A stretch of DNA of 64,000 nt from Chthonomonas sp. UBA2785 (lineage in GTDB: Bacteria > Armatimonadota > Fimbriimonadia > Fimbriimonadales > Fimbriimonadaceae): assembly GCA_002352215.1 (NCBI GenBank), contig DEIB01000038.1:178506-242505 (forward strand), given 5' to 3'. The translations under genes were made by a program, and so were the position numbers. Of this stretch, positions 44,876-54,386 are shown in pieces. The notes beneath the pieces are model-generated. The model had not been told where the DNA came from. It saw only the letters and a program-made list of their open reading frames with translations, and searched no databases. Positions within the stretch are counted from its first letter, which is position 1, and every line of letters starts with the position of its first letter.

Positions 44876-47425
44876 TTACTCGAGTCCGACTTGGTGGTTG
44901 AGGGTATCGGTCAGGTCAATCACCTTCACGCTGCCTTGCGCTTTCTCTTCGCCCACCGTGACGACCACGCTGTAGTCGCCCGCCGGCACTTGCGCCGCAT
45001 TCGGTCGCCACGGCACGGCTTGCAGGCCCTTGGTGCCCGGACCGGCTAGTTGCGCCACTCGGGTGCCGTCGGCGCGCAGGATCTCGATGTTCGCGCGCTC
45101 GGCACCTTCGCCGTTCACGTGGTAAGTGATCAGCGTGCCCGGCTGGCTGTTGGGCGCGGCCCAACCCCGGTCACCACCGAACCATCCGCGCGGCGTGCGG
45201 CCCAGGTAGAGCACATCTGAAGCCGGTGCCACATAGAGCGGCTTGGCCAGGTTGCCTTCGGTGAGGAACTCAAAGACTCGGAACGGCAGTTGCCACACGC
45301 TACGGCCGTGGGTGGCCACCAGGGCGTCGTTGTCGCGCGGGTGCAGGAACACATCGTTCATGCGCACCGTCGGCCAGTTGCCCGTCTTGTACTTGCCCCA
45401 GGTCGCGCCTCGGTCGAGCGAAACGTACAGGAAGTATTCCGTCCCCAGAATCAGGTAGTCCGGGTTTAGGACCCCTTCCCGAATCACATAAGCCGCCCCG
45501 GCATCCTTCAGGTCGCCACCCACTCGCTTCCACGTCTTGCCGAAGTCGTCCGTCATGAACGCCCAGGTTTCGTAGTCGTTGTTGCGGTGGCCATCCAGCG
45601 TGACAAAGCATCGTCCGGCCTCAAATCGGCTCGGGGAAACGCTGCTCACGTAGGTAAACGGCGGGGCTTCCGGGATGTTCGGGGTGGTGTTGGTCCACGT
45701 CTTCCCGCCGTCCTGCGTCACCTGCACGTTGCCGTCGTCGGTGCCCACCCAGATCACGCCGGGCGTGCGCGGCGATTCGGCGATCGAAACGATCGTCGTG
45801 TGGTTCTCAGCCGTGCTTTGGATGTCGCCCTGCGGCACCACTTGCTTCTTGGGGTCGTTCGTGGTCAGGTCAGGGCTAATGGTTTCCCAGTTGTCGCCGC
45901 GGTCCATACTTCGGTGCAAGAACTGCGAGCCCACATACACCGTGCGCGAGTTGAACGGGCTGAGCGCAATGGGCGTATGCCAGTTCCAGCGGAAACCCGT
46001 GCCACGCGGCCGGATCGAACGTCCGCCGCCTCGCAGTTGGTCCACGCGCTGCACGGCCCCGCCTTGGCTTTCGGTGTACACCGTGGTCCAGTCGTTCGGG
46101 TCGGCGAGCACGGTGAAGCCGTCGCCGCCGCTCAGCGAAATCCAGTTCTCAGGACCGACAAAGCCGCGCCGGGTTTGCGTCGGGCCCGCCCAGCCACCGT
46201 TGTCCTGCAAGCCTCCGTAAACCCAATAGGGGCGTCGCATGTCCGCGTGGACCGCATAGAAGTGGCCCATGGCAATCTGCGTAAACAGCTCCCAGGTTTG
46301 GGCCCGGTCGCGAGTTTGGTAGGGTCCACCGTCCGTCCCCACGATGATGTGGTTCGAGTCGCTCGGGTCAATCCACATGGAGTGCCAGTCGGAGTGAACG
46401 TTATCGTTCCCTTCTCGGAACGTGCGGCCGCCATCCGTGCTGATGTGCAGGCTGACGCCCAACACATAGACTCGGTTGCGGTCGCTCGGGTCTTGCTTGA
46501 TTTCAGAGAAATAGAACGGGCGCGGGTTGAGGTTCGCGGTGCGCTGCCACGATTCCCCGGCGTCGTCGGATTGATAGACACCGCCCTGCACGGCATCCAC
46601 GATCGCCACCAAGTGCTTCGGATCGCTGTGGTTCACGTCCACACCGATGCGGCCCAAATCACCGCCCGGCAGGCCACGCGTCACCTTCTTCCAGGTCTTG
46701 CCGCCGTCGGTGCTCTTGTACATGCCGCTTCCGGCCCCGCGGGTCATCACATCCCACGGCCAGCGTCGACGCTCCCACATGCTGGCGTACAGCACGTTCG
46801 GGTTCTTGGGGTCAATGTCCAGGTCCACGGCCCCGGTGTTGTCGTTCACAAAGAGCGTGCGCGTCCAGGTCTTGCCGCCGTCGGTCGTCTTATAGATGCC
46901 GCGCTCGTCGTTGGGGCCCCACAGGTTGCCCAGGGCGGCCACCCACACCGTGTTCTCATCGGTCGGGTGCAGAATCACGCGGCCGATCTGGCGCGAATTC
47001 TTGAGGCCGACATGCTCCCACGTCTTGCCTCCATCCAAACTCTTATAGACGCCGTCGCCCACCAACGTGGAGTTGCGGCTGGCCGGTTCCCCGCTGCCAA
47101 TCCAGATCACATCCGGGTTCTTTTGGCTGATGGCAATCGAGCCCACCGAGCCCGAACCTTCTTGGTGCCACACCGGACGGAAGGTCATCCCACCGTTATC
47201 GGTGCGCCAAGCACCGCCCGAGGAGCCCCCGACGTAGAAAATGCGCGGTTCCTTCTCGTAAACCGCGATATCCATAATGCGGCCGCCCATGGTGCCGGGG
47301 CCCAATTCTCGGGGCGGCAACACCGAAAGCATCTGCTCAACCGACTGGTTTTGCGCAAATGCGGGCGCGACTAAGGCAAGGGCGAACAGAACACCAACAC
47401 AACGTCCGCGTAACATCGTCCCCAT
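44876..47425 (-). CDS. secreted BNR/Asp-box repeat protein (sortilin/VPS10-like beta-propeller)
   Basis: 849 aa with a signal peptide. S-x-D-x-G-x-T-W type Asp-boxes recur many times (SLDGGKTW, TTDGGKTW, STDGGKTW, SDDAGESW, STDGGRTF, TQDGGKTW, SLDRGATW). Confidence 0.85.
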   Translation of the reverse strand: MGTMLRGRCVGVLFALALVAPAFAQNQSVEQMLSVLPPRELGPGTMGGRIMDIAVYEKEPRIFYVGGSSGGAWRTDNGGMTFRPVWHQEGSGSVGSIAISQKNPDVIWIGSGEPASRNSTLVGDGVYKSLDGGKTWEHVGLKNSRQIGRVILHPTDENTVWVAALGNLWGPNDERGIYKTTDGGKTWTRTLFVNDNTGAVDLDIDPKNPNVLYASMWERRRWPWDVMTRGAGSGMYKSTDGGKTWKKVTRGLPGGDLGRIGVDVNHSDPKHLVAIVDAVQGGVYQSDDAGESWQRTANLNPRPFYFSEIKQDPSDRNRVYVLGVSLHISTDGGRTFREGNDNVHSDWHSMWIDPSDSNHIIVGTDGGPYQTRDRAQTWELFTQIAMGHFYAVHADMRRPYWVYGGLQDNGGWAGPTQTRRGFVGPENWISLSGGDGFTVLADPNDWTTVYTESQGGAVQRVDQLRGGGRSIRPRGTGFRWNWHTPIALSPFNSRTVYVGSQFLHRSMDRGDNWETISPDLTTNDPKKQVVPQGDIQSTAENHTTIVSIAESPRTPGVIWVGTDDGNVQVTQDGGKTWTNTTPNIPEAPPFTYVSSVSPSRFEAGRCFVTLDGHRNNDYETWAFMTDDFGKTWKRVGGDLKDAGAAYVIREGVLNPDYLILGTEYFLYVSLDRGATWGKYKTGNWPTVRMNDVFLHPRDNDALVATHGRSVWQLPFRVFEFLTEGNLAKPLYVAPASDVLYLGRTPRGWFGGDRGWAAPNSQPGTLITYHVNGEGAERANIEILRADGTRVAQLAGPGTKGLQAVPWRPNAAQVPAGDYSVVVTVGEEKAQGSVKVIDLTDTLNHQVGLE

Positions 47426-47484
47426 TACGGCATAATCCCCGCCCGAAGTTCCACCCCTAGCCCCGGTCGGTTAGAATCTTTTTC

Positions 47485-48675
47485 ATGGAATTTGCGCTCA
47501 CCGCCGAGCATGAACAGATCCGTGAAGCTGCCTACAAGTTCGGACAGAACGTGATTGTCCCCTCTGTGGGCGAGCTGGACCGCCAGCACACCAGCGATCC
47601 CGAGACCCTGAAGAAGCTGGGCGAAGCCGGCTTGCTCGGACTGGGGATCCCCGCCAAGTGGGGCGGCACGGACACGGACTACATCTCGGTCGGCATTGCC
47701 TGCGAAGAGCTGGAGCGCGCGGATTCCACAGCGCGCGTCGTGATGAGCGTCCATGTGGGCCTGCACTGCATGACCATGATGCAGTGGGGCACCGAAGAAC
47801 AGTGCGCGAAGTGGCTCCCTGACCTCGCCACGGGTAAGAAAATTGGCGCCTTTGGCCTGACCGAGCCCAATGCCGGTAGCGACGCCGCTAGCATGAAGAC
47901 CACGGCCCGTCGCGAAGGTGACGAATACGTGCTGAACGGGGAGAAGACCTGGATTAGCCTGGCCGACTACGCCGACCAGTTCCTGGTGATCGCCCGCCTG
48001 GCCGAAACCGACGCCAAGGCCCCCTACGCCGCCTTCATTGTGGAGCGCGACCGCCCGGGCTTCAGTAGCCGTGCCATTAAGGGCAAGCTCGGCGTGCGCG
48101 CCGGCAACACGGGTCAAATTTTCTTTGACAACGTGCGCATCCCGGCCAGCAATATGATCGGCCAGGAAGGCGACGGCTTTAAGGTGGCGATGAGCGCGCT
48201 GGATCATGGTCGCTACACGGTTGCCGCTGGTGCTGTGGGCATCATCACTGCGTGCATGGACGCCTGCTGCAAGTACGTCAACGAACGCAGCGTGCAGGGT
48301 GAGGTCATCGGCAAGAAGCAACTGGTGCAACAGATGATTGCCAAGATGGCGCGGGGCCGCGACATTGGCCGCCTGCTCTACTACCAAGTGGGGTGGATGA
48401 AGAACACCGGCAAGCGCCACACCCGCGAGGTGAGCATGGCCAAGTGGGTGAACTGCGAGGCTGCCTTCGAAGCCGCCAACAACGCGGTGGAAATCCACGG
48501 GGCGTACGGCTACTGTGATGAATTCCCGGTGGAGCGCTACTTCCGCAACTCGCGCGGGGCGATGATCTACGAAGGCACGCACGAGATCCACACGATCATG
48601 CAGGCCGAATATGCGCTGGGCTACCGAGAGGACAAGCCGATCGCGCGCACCCTGCCGACCTTCCCTTTCGCCTGA
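47485..48675 (+). CDS. acyl-CoA dehydrogenase
   Basis: GAFGLTEPNAGSDA, GEKTWIS and the catalytic-base region IYEGTHEIH. 396 aa. Confidence 0.9.
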   Translation: MEFALTAEHEQIREAAYKFGQNVIVPSVGELDRQHTSDPETLKKLGEAGLLGLGIPAKWGGTDTDYISVGIACEELERADSTARVVMSVHVGLHCMTMMQWGTEEQCAKWLPDLATGKKIGAFGLTEPNAGSDAASMKTTARREGDEYVLNGEKTWISLADYADQFLVIARLAETDAKAPYAAFIVERDRPGFSSRAIKGKLGVRAGNTGQIFFDNVRIPASNMIGQEGDGFKVAMSALDHGRYTVAAGAVGIITACMDACCKYVNERSVQGEVIGKKQLVQQMIAKMARGRDIGRLLYYQVGWMKNTGKRHTREVSMAKWVNCEAAFEAANNAVEIHGAYGYCDEFPVERYFRNSRGAMIYEGTHEIHTIMQAEYALGYREDKPIARTLPTFPFA

Positions 48676-48691
48676 GCTGGATTTAGGCAAG

Positions 48692-48736
48692 GAGAAGCCC
48701 CCTTTTCCCATTTGGGATGAGGGGGCTTTTCTCTTT
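48692..48736. terminator. bidirectional rho-independent terminator
   Basis: GAAGCCCCC-loop-GGGGGCTTTTCTCTTT, located between convergent genes. Confidence 0.7.
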
Positions 48737-48747
48737 GCGAACCGGGC

Positions 48748-49596
48748 TTAGTTCACTTCGAGATAGTTGAGGTTCTCGCCGGTGATGGCCTCAAGCACGG
48801 CTTGGCCGGAACCATCCTCGTTCATGTCCCAAACCTGGCGCTCGGGCGTATCACGAACGTAGACGATCGAGTTGTCCGACCGATAAACCGGCACCCGCTC
48901 AGTATCGGTGGTATTCGTCAATTGGGTCTTGCCCGTGCCGTCGGCGTTCATCGACCACACGTTTCGAGCACCCCCGAAGTTACGGATATACACCAGCGAT
49001 TGGCCATCGGGGCTCCAGCGGGCATCATCGTTCCCTTCCCCGGTATTCGGGGTGAGGCCCGCGCTAACGCCGCTTCCATCCATGTTCATGGTTCTGATCA
49101 TGGGCCAACCTGCCGGACTAGACGAGAAGACGACCTTCGTACCCGCCGGGTTCACGTCGAGGTCAATCATGCCGCCACCAGCGGAGCCATCAAAGATGTT
49201 GACCACGCCCGTACCGTCCGGGTTCATGCTCGCAACTTGGTTGGTCAGGCTAATGGCAATGATCTTGGTGCCATCCGCGTTCCAATCGCCGAGGTAATGG
49301 CCGGTGATGTTCACGGGATTCGTGCCATCGGCGTTGATGACCACCATTGCTGTACCCGTGCCCATCAGGATCTTGGTGCCATCGGGGCTGACGCGCGGAG
49401 AAAACAGGCTGTCGGCCCCGGCATCATAAATCGTGCGCAGGGCCCCCGTGAGTTCGTTGCGAGCCACCAAGCGGCTGTCCGAGCGGATGAACAGAACTTC
49501 GCGCGTCGCACCTGAGCCCGTACTGCCGCCGCCTCCACAACCCGTCAATGTAAGCGCAAGTCCAACGATGGTTGCCGAAATCAGCAAGTTTCGCAT
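48748..49596 (-). CDS. TolB-like beta-propeller lipoprotein (PD40-type repeats)
   Basis: Lipobox LTLTGC followed by repeated S/W-SPDG..I.f units (SPRVSPDGTKIL, WNADGTKII, MNPDGTGV, ARWSPDGQSLVY, MNADGTG). Confidence 0.75.
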   Translation of the reverse strand: MRNLLISATIVGLALTLTGCGGGGSTGSGATREVLFIRSDSRLVARNELTGALRTIYDAGADSLFSPRVSPDGTKILMGTGTAMVVINADGTNPVNITGHYLGDWNADGTKIIAISLTNQVASMNPDGTGVVNIFDGSAGGGMIDLDVNPAGTKVVFSSSPAGWPMIRTMNMDGSGVSAGLTPNTGEGNDDARWSPDGQSLVYIRNFGGARNVWSMNADGTGKTQLTNTTDTERVPVYRSDNSIVYVRDTPERQVWDMNEDGSGQAVLEAITGENLNYLEVN

Positions 49597-49732
49597 ACCG
49601 AAACGTTACCCCCCTCTGTAACGATTGGTGACATGAATTTGTAAGGAATTTGCCTAGCCCTGCATCCCCCGACCGTCTGGGTCAAACCCGGTTGCCCCCA
49701 CGCAGAGGGCGGTAAAACAAGGCCCGAACCCC

Positions 49733-51382
49733 ATGCGCAAAATCCTCGTGATCGGGAGCGGACCTATCATCATTGGACAGGCCGCCGAGTTCGACTACGC
49801 GGGCACGCAAGCCTGCAAGAGCCTCCGCGAAGAAGGCTACGAAGTCGTTCTCATCAATTCCAACCCCGCCACGATCATGACGGACCTGGAAACGGCGGAC
49901 CGCGTCTACATCGAGCCGCTGACGCCCGAATTCTGCGAGCGCGTGATTGCCCGGGAGCGCCCCGACGGCCTTCTGCCCACTTTGGGCGGCCAAACTGGCC
50001 TCAACCTCGCCAGCCAACTTGCGCAGTTGGGCATCCTGGAAAAGTACAACGTCAAGCTCCTCGGCACCCCACTGGAGGCGATCCAGAAGGCCGAAGACCG
50101 CGAGCTTTTTCGCTCACTCATGCGCGAACTCCGCGAGCCCGTACCCGAGAGCTGGATTGTGGAAAGCGAAGCCGACCTGCAGGCCATCCTCGATGTCGTG
50201 CCCTATCCCTGCATCGTGCGGCCCGCTTACACCCTGGGCGGCACCGGCGGCGGCGTGGCCACGACCCGAGACGAACTCTGGGAAATCGGCCGCAAGGGCC
50301 TCAAGCTCTCCATGCGCAGCCAATTGATGATCGAGCGCAGTCTGCTGGGCTGGAAGGAGGTCGAGTACGAGGTCATGCGAGACCGCCTTGGGAACGTCAT
50401 CACCATCTGCAACATGGAGAACCTGGACCCGATGGGCGTCCACACCGGCGACAGCATCGTGGTGGCCCCCAGCCAGACCCTGAGCGACGTGGAATATCAC
50501 CTGCTGCGCACGGCTTCCCTTCGCATTATTGATGCGCTCGGCATCCAGGGGGGCTGCAACGTGCAACTGGCGGTAAACCCGGATTCGTTCGACTACTACG
50601 TTATTGAAGTCAACCCTCGGGTGTCGCGCTCCTCGGCGCTGGCGAGCAAGGCCACCGGGTACCCCATTGCGCGGGTCTCGGCGAAAATTGCCATCGGCCA
50701 CACGCTGGATGAGATTGAGAACAGCGTGACCAAGACCACCAAGGCGTGCTTTGAACCGGCGCTGGACTACTGCGTGGTCAAGATTCCGCGCTGGCCGTTT
50801 GACAAGTTCGCCTCCGGCGACCGAGGCCTGAGCACCCAAATGAAGGCCACCGGCGAAGTCATGGCCATCGACCGCACTTTTGAAGCGGCTTTGCTCAAGG
50901 CGATTCGCGGGCTGGAAGTGAAGCAACGCGACCTCCGCCACGATGGCATGTCCGCGCTGGCGGATGATGATCTCAAGACGGCGGTGCGCCAACCAACAGA
51001 CGAGCGCCTGTGGGCGCTGGCCGAAGCCCTGCGCCGAGGCTGGACGGTTGCCGAAGTGCGCCGCCTGAGCCGCGTAGACCTGTGGTTCCTAGAGAAGATC
51101 GAGGCGATGGTCCGCATGGAGCAGGCCCTGGTGCAAGCGGGGGCCGGAGCCACCGAAAATCTCTTAGAGGAGGCTTTGCGCATGGGATACAGCCCCACCG
51201 CGATTCTTGACTTGACCCAAGGCGGCGAGGCTGTCTCCGGGAAATTGGCCACTTTTGAGGGTATGTTTGCCTACAAGATGGTGGATACGTGCGCGGCCGA
51301 GTTTGAATCCGCCACTCCCTACTTTTACGCGACGGTGGCGGGGTCGAGCGACTTCGTGCAGCCCAAAACCCCCGCGAACTAA
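49733..51382 (+). CDS. carB: carbamoyl-phosphate synthase large subunit, N-terminal half (first ATP-grasp + oligomerisation domain)
   Basis: 549 aa. [75 protein letters not shown] and the oligomerisation domain are present. The protein stops where full-length CarB would continue into the second half. Confidence 0.93.
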   Translation: MRKILVIGSGPIIIGQAAEFDYAGTQACKSLREEGYEVVLINSNPATIMTDLETADRVYIEPLTPEFCERVIARERPDGLLPTLGGQTGLNLASQLAQLGILEKYNVKLLGTPLEAIQKAEDRELFRSLMRELREPVPESWIVESEADLQAILDVVPYPCIVRPAYTLGGTGGGVATTRDELWEIGRKGLKLSMRSQLMIERSLLGWKEVEYEVMRDRLGNVITICNMENLDPMGVHTGDSIVVAPSQTLSDVEYHLLRTASLRIIDALGIQGGCNVQLAVNPDSFDYYVIEVNPRVSRSSALASKATGYPIARVSAKIAIGHTLDEIENSVTKTTKACFEPALDYCVVKIPRWPFDKFASGDRGLSTQMKATGEVMAIDRTFEAALLKAIRGLEVKQRDLRHDGMSALADDDLKTAVRQPTDERLWALAEALRRGWTVAEVRRLSRVDLWFLEKIEAMVRMEQALVQAGAGATENLLEEALRMGYSPTAILDLTQGGEAVSGKLATFEGMFAYKMVDTCAAEFESATPYFYATVAGSSDFVQPKTPAN

Positions 51383-51388
51383 CCCCGC

Positions 51389-52321
51389 ATGATCAACTCG
51401 CTCCTTCTCTTTAGTGCTGCCCTCGTTCCCGGAACTCCGGTCGAGGATTTTGTGCAGGCGTTCGAGCAACGCCGCGCGGATGCCCCCGTGGAAAGCCCGG
51501 ACCCGGCGATTGCCCGGGCGATGGAAATCGCCATCCGCAGCATTGAGAACAGCCAAGCCACGACCAGCGAGCAAGCCAACCAGGTTCTCATGCCCTTCCG
51601 GCAAGCGCTGGGCGGCGGGCAGATCCCGGCGGATTACTACCAAAACATCTCGGCCACGGTGCGCACCCGGGGAAGCGAGCGACTAGTGGCCATTCAAATG
51701 GGGGCGGCCTCGCGTCTTGCTCTCATCCATGCCGATGGCCGGCGCGGCAATTTACCGAGCGAATTCAACTGGATTTTCCAGGCCGAGCCCCTCGGCTACG
51801 CCCTCCCGGATAACTCCTGGCTGATCGCCGCTCCGCTCACCTCGCGGGACACCATGCGGATGCCCTATCGCCTCATTTGGGTGCGCCCGCAAGGCGAAAC
51901 CTATGCCGTGACGGCCCGCTACGAGGGGGTGTGGGTGCGCGGCCACGTGCGCAACTTTGTGCAAGTGGACGATGGCGTGATGGTGGCCAACACGGTGGAG
52001 CCGCTTCGCTCCTTCCGCACTTCGCCGCAACTCGGAGCCCCGAGTTTGCAAGTGCGATGGCGGGTGCGCAATGGTACGCCCACCGAGCGCTCCGAAACTC
52101 GTGGTGACCTCGATCTACGACAGATCGACCAGTGGTGCCAGCAGGCATTCTCGGCCGCGACTCCCACGCTGGAGCAGGCCCGATTCTTGGCGGATGTGCC
52201 GGTGGGTGAAACCCTGCGATCCGTGCAACGCACCCAGGGAGAAGTGGTGCTGAACTTCGGACCGACTTTGCGGTTCCGAGTCGCCAATGGCAACGTGAGC
52301 TACGCCGGTCGCGCGGGCTAG
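51389..52321 (+). CDS. hypothetical protein
   Basis: 310-aa ORF starting 6 nt after the carB N-half stop, with a weakly hydrophobic N-terminus. I recognise no family. Confidence 0.5.
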   Translation: MINSLLLFSAALVPGTPVEDFVQAFEQRRADAPVESPDPAIARAMEIAIRSIENSQATTSEQANQVLMPFRQALGGGQIPADYYQNISATVRTRGSERLVAIQMGAASRLALIHADGRRGNLPSEFNWIFQAEPLGYALPDNSWLIAAPLTSRDTMRMPYRLIWVRPQGETYAVTARYEGVWVRGHVRNFVQVDDGVMVANTVEPLRSFRTSPQLGAPSLQVRWRVRNGTPTERSETRGDLDLRQIDQWCQQAFSAATPTLEQARFLADVPVGETLRSVQRTQGEVVLNFGPTLRFRVANGNVSYAGRAG

Positions 52322-52324
52322 CGT

Positions 52325-53425
52325 TTACGAGCGTAAAGACTCGACAAACTTGGCGAAGTAAGGGCGGGCATCCCAAGGGCCGGGCGCGGCTTCCGGGTGG
52401 TACTGGATGCTGAAGGCACGGGCTTCCTTCACCTCAATCCCTTCCACCGTACCGTCGTTCAGGTTCAGTTGCGTCACGCGGGCACCGGTGCCTTCCAGGG
52501 TCGCCGGGTCAATCGCGTAGCCGTGGTTCTGGCTGGTGATAGTGACGGTGCCTAAGTCGAGGTCCTTCACGGGGTGGTTAGCGCCTCGGTGTCCAAACGG
52601 CATCTTGTACGTGGTGCCGCCCACCGCCTGGCACAACAACTGGTTGCCCAGGCAGATGCCGAGGATGGGGATGTTCCCCAGCAAGTCGCGCACACACGCC
52701 ACCGGGCCGGGCAAACGCGCCGGGTCACCCGGGCCGGGGCTCAGTAGCACTCCGTCCGGGTTCCACGCTAAGACCTCCGCTGCGGTAGCACTGTGCGGGA
52801 GCACCACAGTGCGGACCCCCACCGCCGCAAAGCGACGCAGGATGTTCCACTTTACGCCGCAGTCCAGCACGGCCACGGTGGCGCGGTAATCGCCTTCGGG
52901 GTTGAAGAGGTGCTCCTTCCCCGAGTAGCCCCACGCGTAGGGCGCCTTAGTGCTGACCAGCGGCACAAAATCCGTTTCGTCGTAGCTGGGGCGAGCCTGC
53001 AGAGCAGCGAAGGCTTCGTCCGGGTCGCCGTGGGTAATTACGGCGTTGGTCACGCCCTCGCCTCGAATGCGCTGGGTCACCGCCCGGGTGTCCACACCTT
53101 GGATGCTGGTGACGCCTCGATCCTTCAGGAACTGATCCAAGCTCTTGCGCGATCGCCAGTTGCTGGGGTGTTCGCACGCCTGGCGCACCACCACGGCACT
53201 CGGTTGCACGCGATCCGACTCAAAATCGTCGTCGTTGATGCCGTAGTTGCCGATCAGCGGATAGGTGAAGAGGACGATCTGGCCGGCGTAGGAGGGGTCG
53301 CTCAGAACTTCTTGGTAACCGGTCATGCCGGTGTTGAAAACCAGCTCACCAAAGGCCATTCCGGGGGCGCCGAGCGCCTGCCCCGGCCACCGGGAACCAT
53401 CCTGAAGAACGAGCCACGCTTCCAC
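52325..53425 (-). CDS. carA: carbamoyl-phosphate synthase small (glutaminase) subunit
   Basis: VFNTGMTGYQEVLSDPSYAGQIV, the catalytic GICLGNQLL, and HRGANHPV. Confidence 0.95.
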   Translation of the reverse strand: MEAWLVLQDGSRWPGQALGAPGMAFGELVFNTGMTGYQEVLSDPSYAGQIVLFTYPLIGNYGINDDDFESDRVQPSAVVVRQACEHPSNWRSRKSLDQFLKDRGVTSIQGVDTRAVTQRIRGEGVTNAVITHGDPDEAFAALQARPSYDETDFVPLVSTKAPYAWGYSGKEHLFNPEGDYRATVAVLDCGVKWNILRRFAAVGVRTVVLPHSATAAEVLAWNPDGVLLSPGPGDPARLPGPVACVRDLLGNIPILGICLGNQLLCQAVGGTTYKMPFGHRGANHPVKDLDLGTVTITSQNHGYAIDPATLEGTGARVTQLNLNDGTVEGIEVKEARAFSIQYHPEAAPGPWDARPYFAKFVESLRS

Positions 53426-53466
53426 TTCAGAACCGGACCATACCCCTTCGCCGGGGCCAGGTGTGG

Positions 53467-54333
53467 TCAGTTGGCCGGACGAATTGTGACCTTTGCGTCC
53501 GTTTCGGTTTTGAGTTCCAAAGTCGTGCCGGGGAGCGCCTCAATATTGCGCCCCTTCACCATGCCGCGAATGGTGCGATCCACCCCATTAGCAAGGCCTT
53601 CGAGCTCGCCAATCGCGCCCAGCGCCAGGGCCAGATCTACATTGCCCAGCGCCGCCACGTTGCCTTGCTGAATCGCGCGGAAAGTCTCTTCCAGCCCCGC
53701 TTGGCCTTGTTGCGCGCCGTTGATGGCGGCCTTGGTGTCTTCCAGGCCCAGCAGGTCGGCCAATTGGTCAAGTTCCTTGCCTTCGGGCAGTTTCCCAGCC
53801 TTCAGGGTCTCGCTCAGCTTCTTCAACGCCTCTTGCTTTTCCGGGTCACGCCACAGGGCTTCTAGGTTGGCCGCGGCATTCTTGATGTCCGTATTGGAGA
53901 GCGTGAACTCAAACTCCTGCGGCTTCAGACCCTCCAGGTTGATGAGGGTGCCGTCGAGGGCGGGGAGCGGTTCCAGGCTCACCACCAGGCGCGCTGGGCG
54001 GTTGGTCAGCGTGCCCATCACACTTCCGGCGCGGCTTTCTTTCACCGTGCCTTCCACTAGCGTGCCCTGCTTCGCCACCACATCGCCGGCGGCCGTTTTA
54101 AGGTCCTCAATCAGCAGAAACTTCACTTCGTCGCCCGGCTTGCTGCCACCCGACTCCAGAGGTGTCGCCAAAACGAGCTTAACGTCGGTGCCCGCAGGTA
54201 CTTCCACCGTCTTCTTGGGCTTCAGCTGCTGCGAAACCGAGTTGATTCCCCCCGGTTGGCTAATAAGCCAGTAAGCGCCCGCCCCGACGGCGGCAGCGAT
54301 GATAAACATCCCCAGTTGTTTGAGGGCCTTCAC
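53467..54333 (-). CDS. membrane-anchored hypothetical protein
   Basis: 288 aa. An N-terminal TM helix, then VPAGTDVKLVLATPLESGGSKPGDEVKF (a beta-rich motif), a helical Ala/Leu/Glu-rich middle, and a C-terminal ALPGTTLELKTE motif. Confidence 0.55.
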   Translation of the reverse strand: MKALKQLGMFIIAAAVGAGAYWLISQPGGINSVSQQLKPKKTVEVPAGTDVKLVLATPLESGGSKPGDEVKFLLIEDLKTAAGDVVAKQGTLVEGTVKESRAGSVMGTLTNRPARLVVSLEPLPALDGTLINLEGLKPQEFEFTLSNTDIKNAAANLEALWRDPEKQEALKKLSETLKAGKLPEGKELDQLADLLGLEDTKAAINGAQQGQAGLEETFRAIQQGNVAALGNVDLALALGAIGELEGLANGVDRTIRGMVKGRNIEALPGTTLELKTETDAKVTIRPAN

Positions 54334-54386
54334 GTTAAGTTAAGACGTAGCGGCCCGCCCTTCGGGTTGCAAGCCCCGGGCTATGC

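Noticed and set aside
37887-48711. Long antisense ORFs 37887..39563, 41590..43308, 45587..47374 and 47425..48711
   Set aside because: Each lies opposite a confidently identified conserved gene (FadN-like, carB C-half, BNR protein, acyl-CoA dehydrogenase). Each has an Arg/His/Gly/Ala/Val-rich composition with no recognisable motifs.
49597-49732. PyrR/attenuator-like motif (GCAGAGGGCGG) upstream of the carB N-half
   Set aside because: It resembles the PyrR binding loop (UCCAGAGAGG) only weakly. I could find no terminator/antiterminator alternative hairpins or a U-tract.
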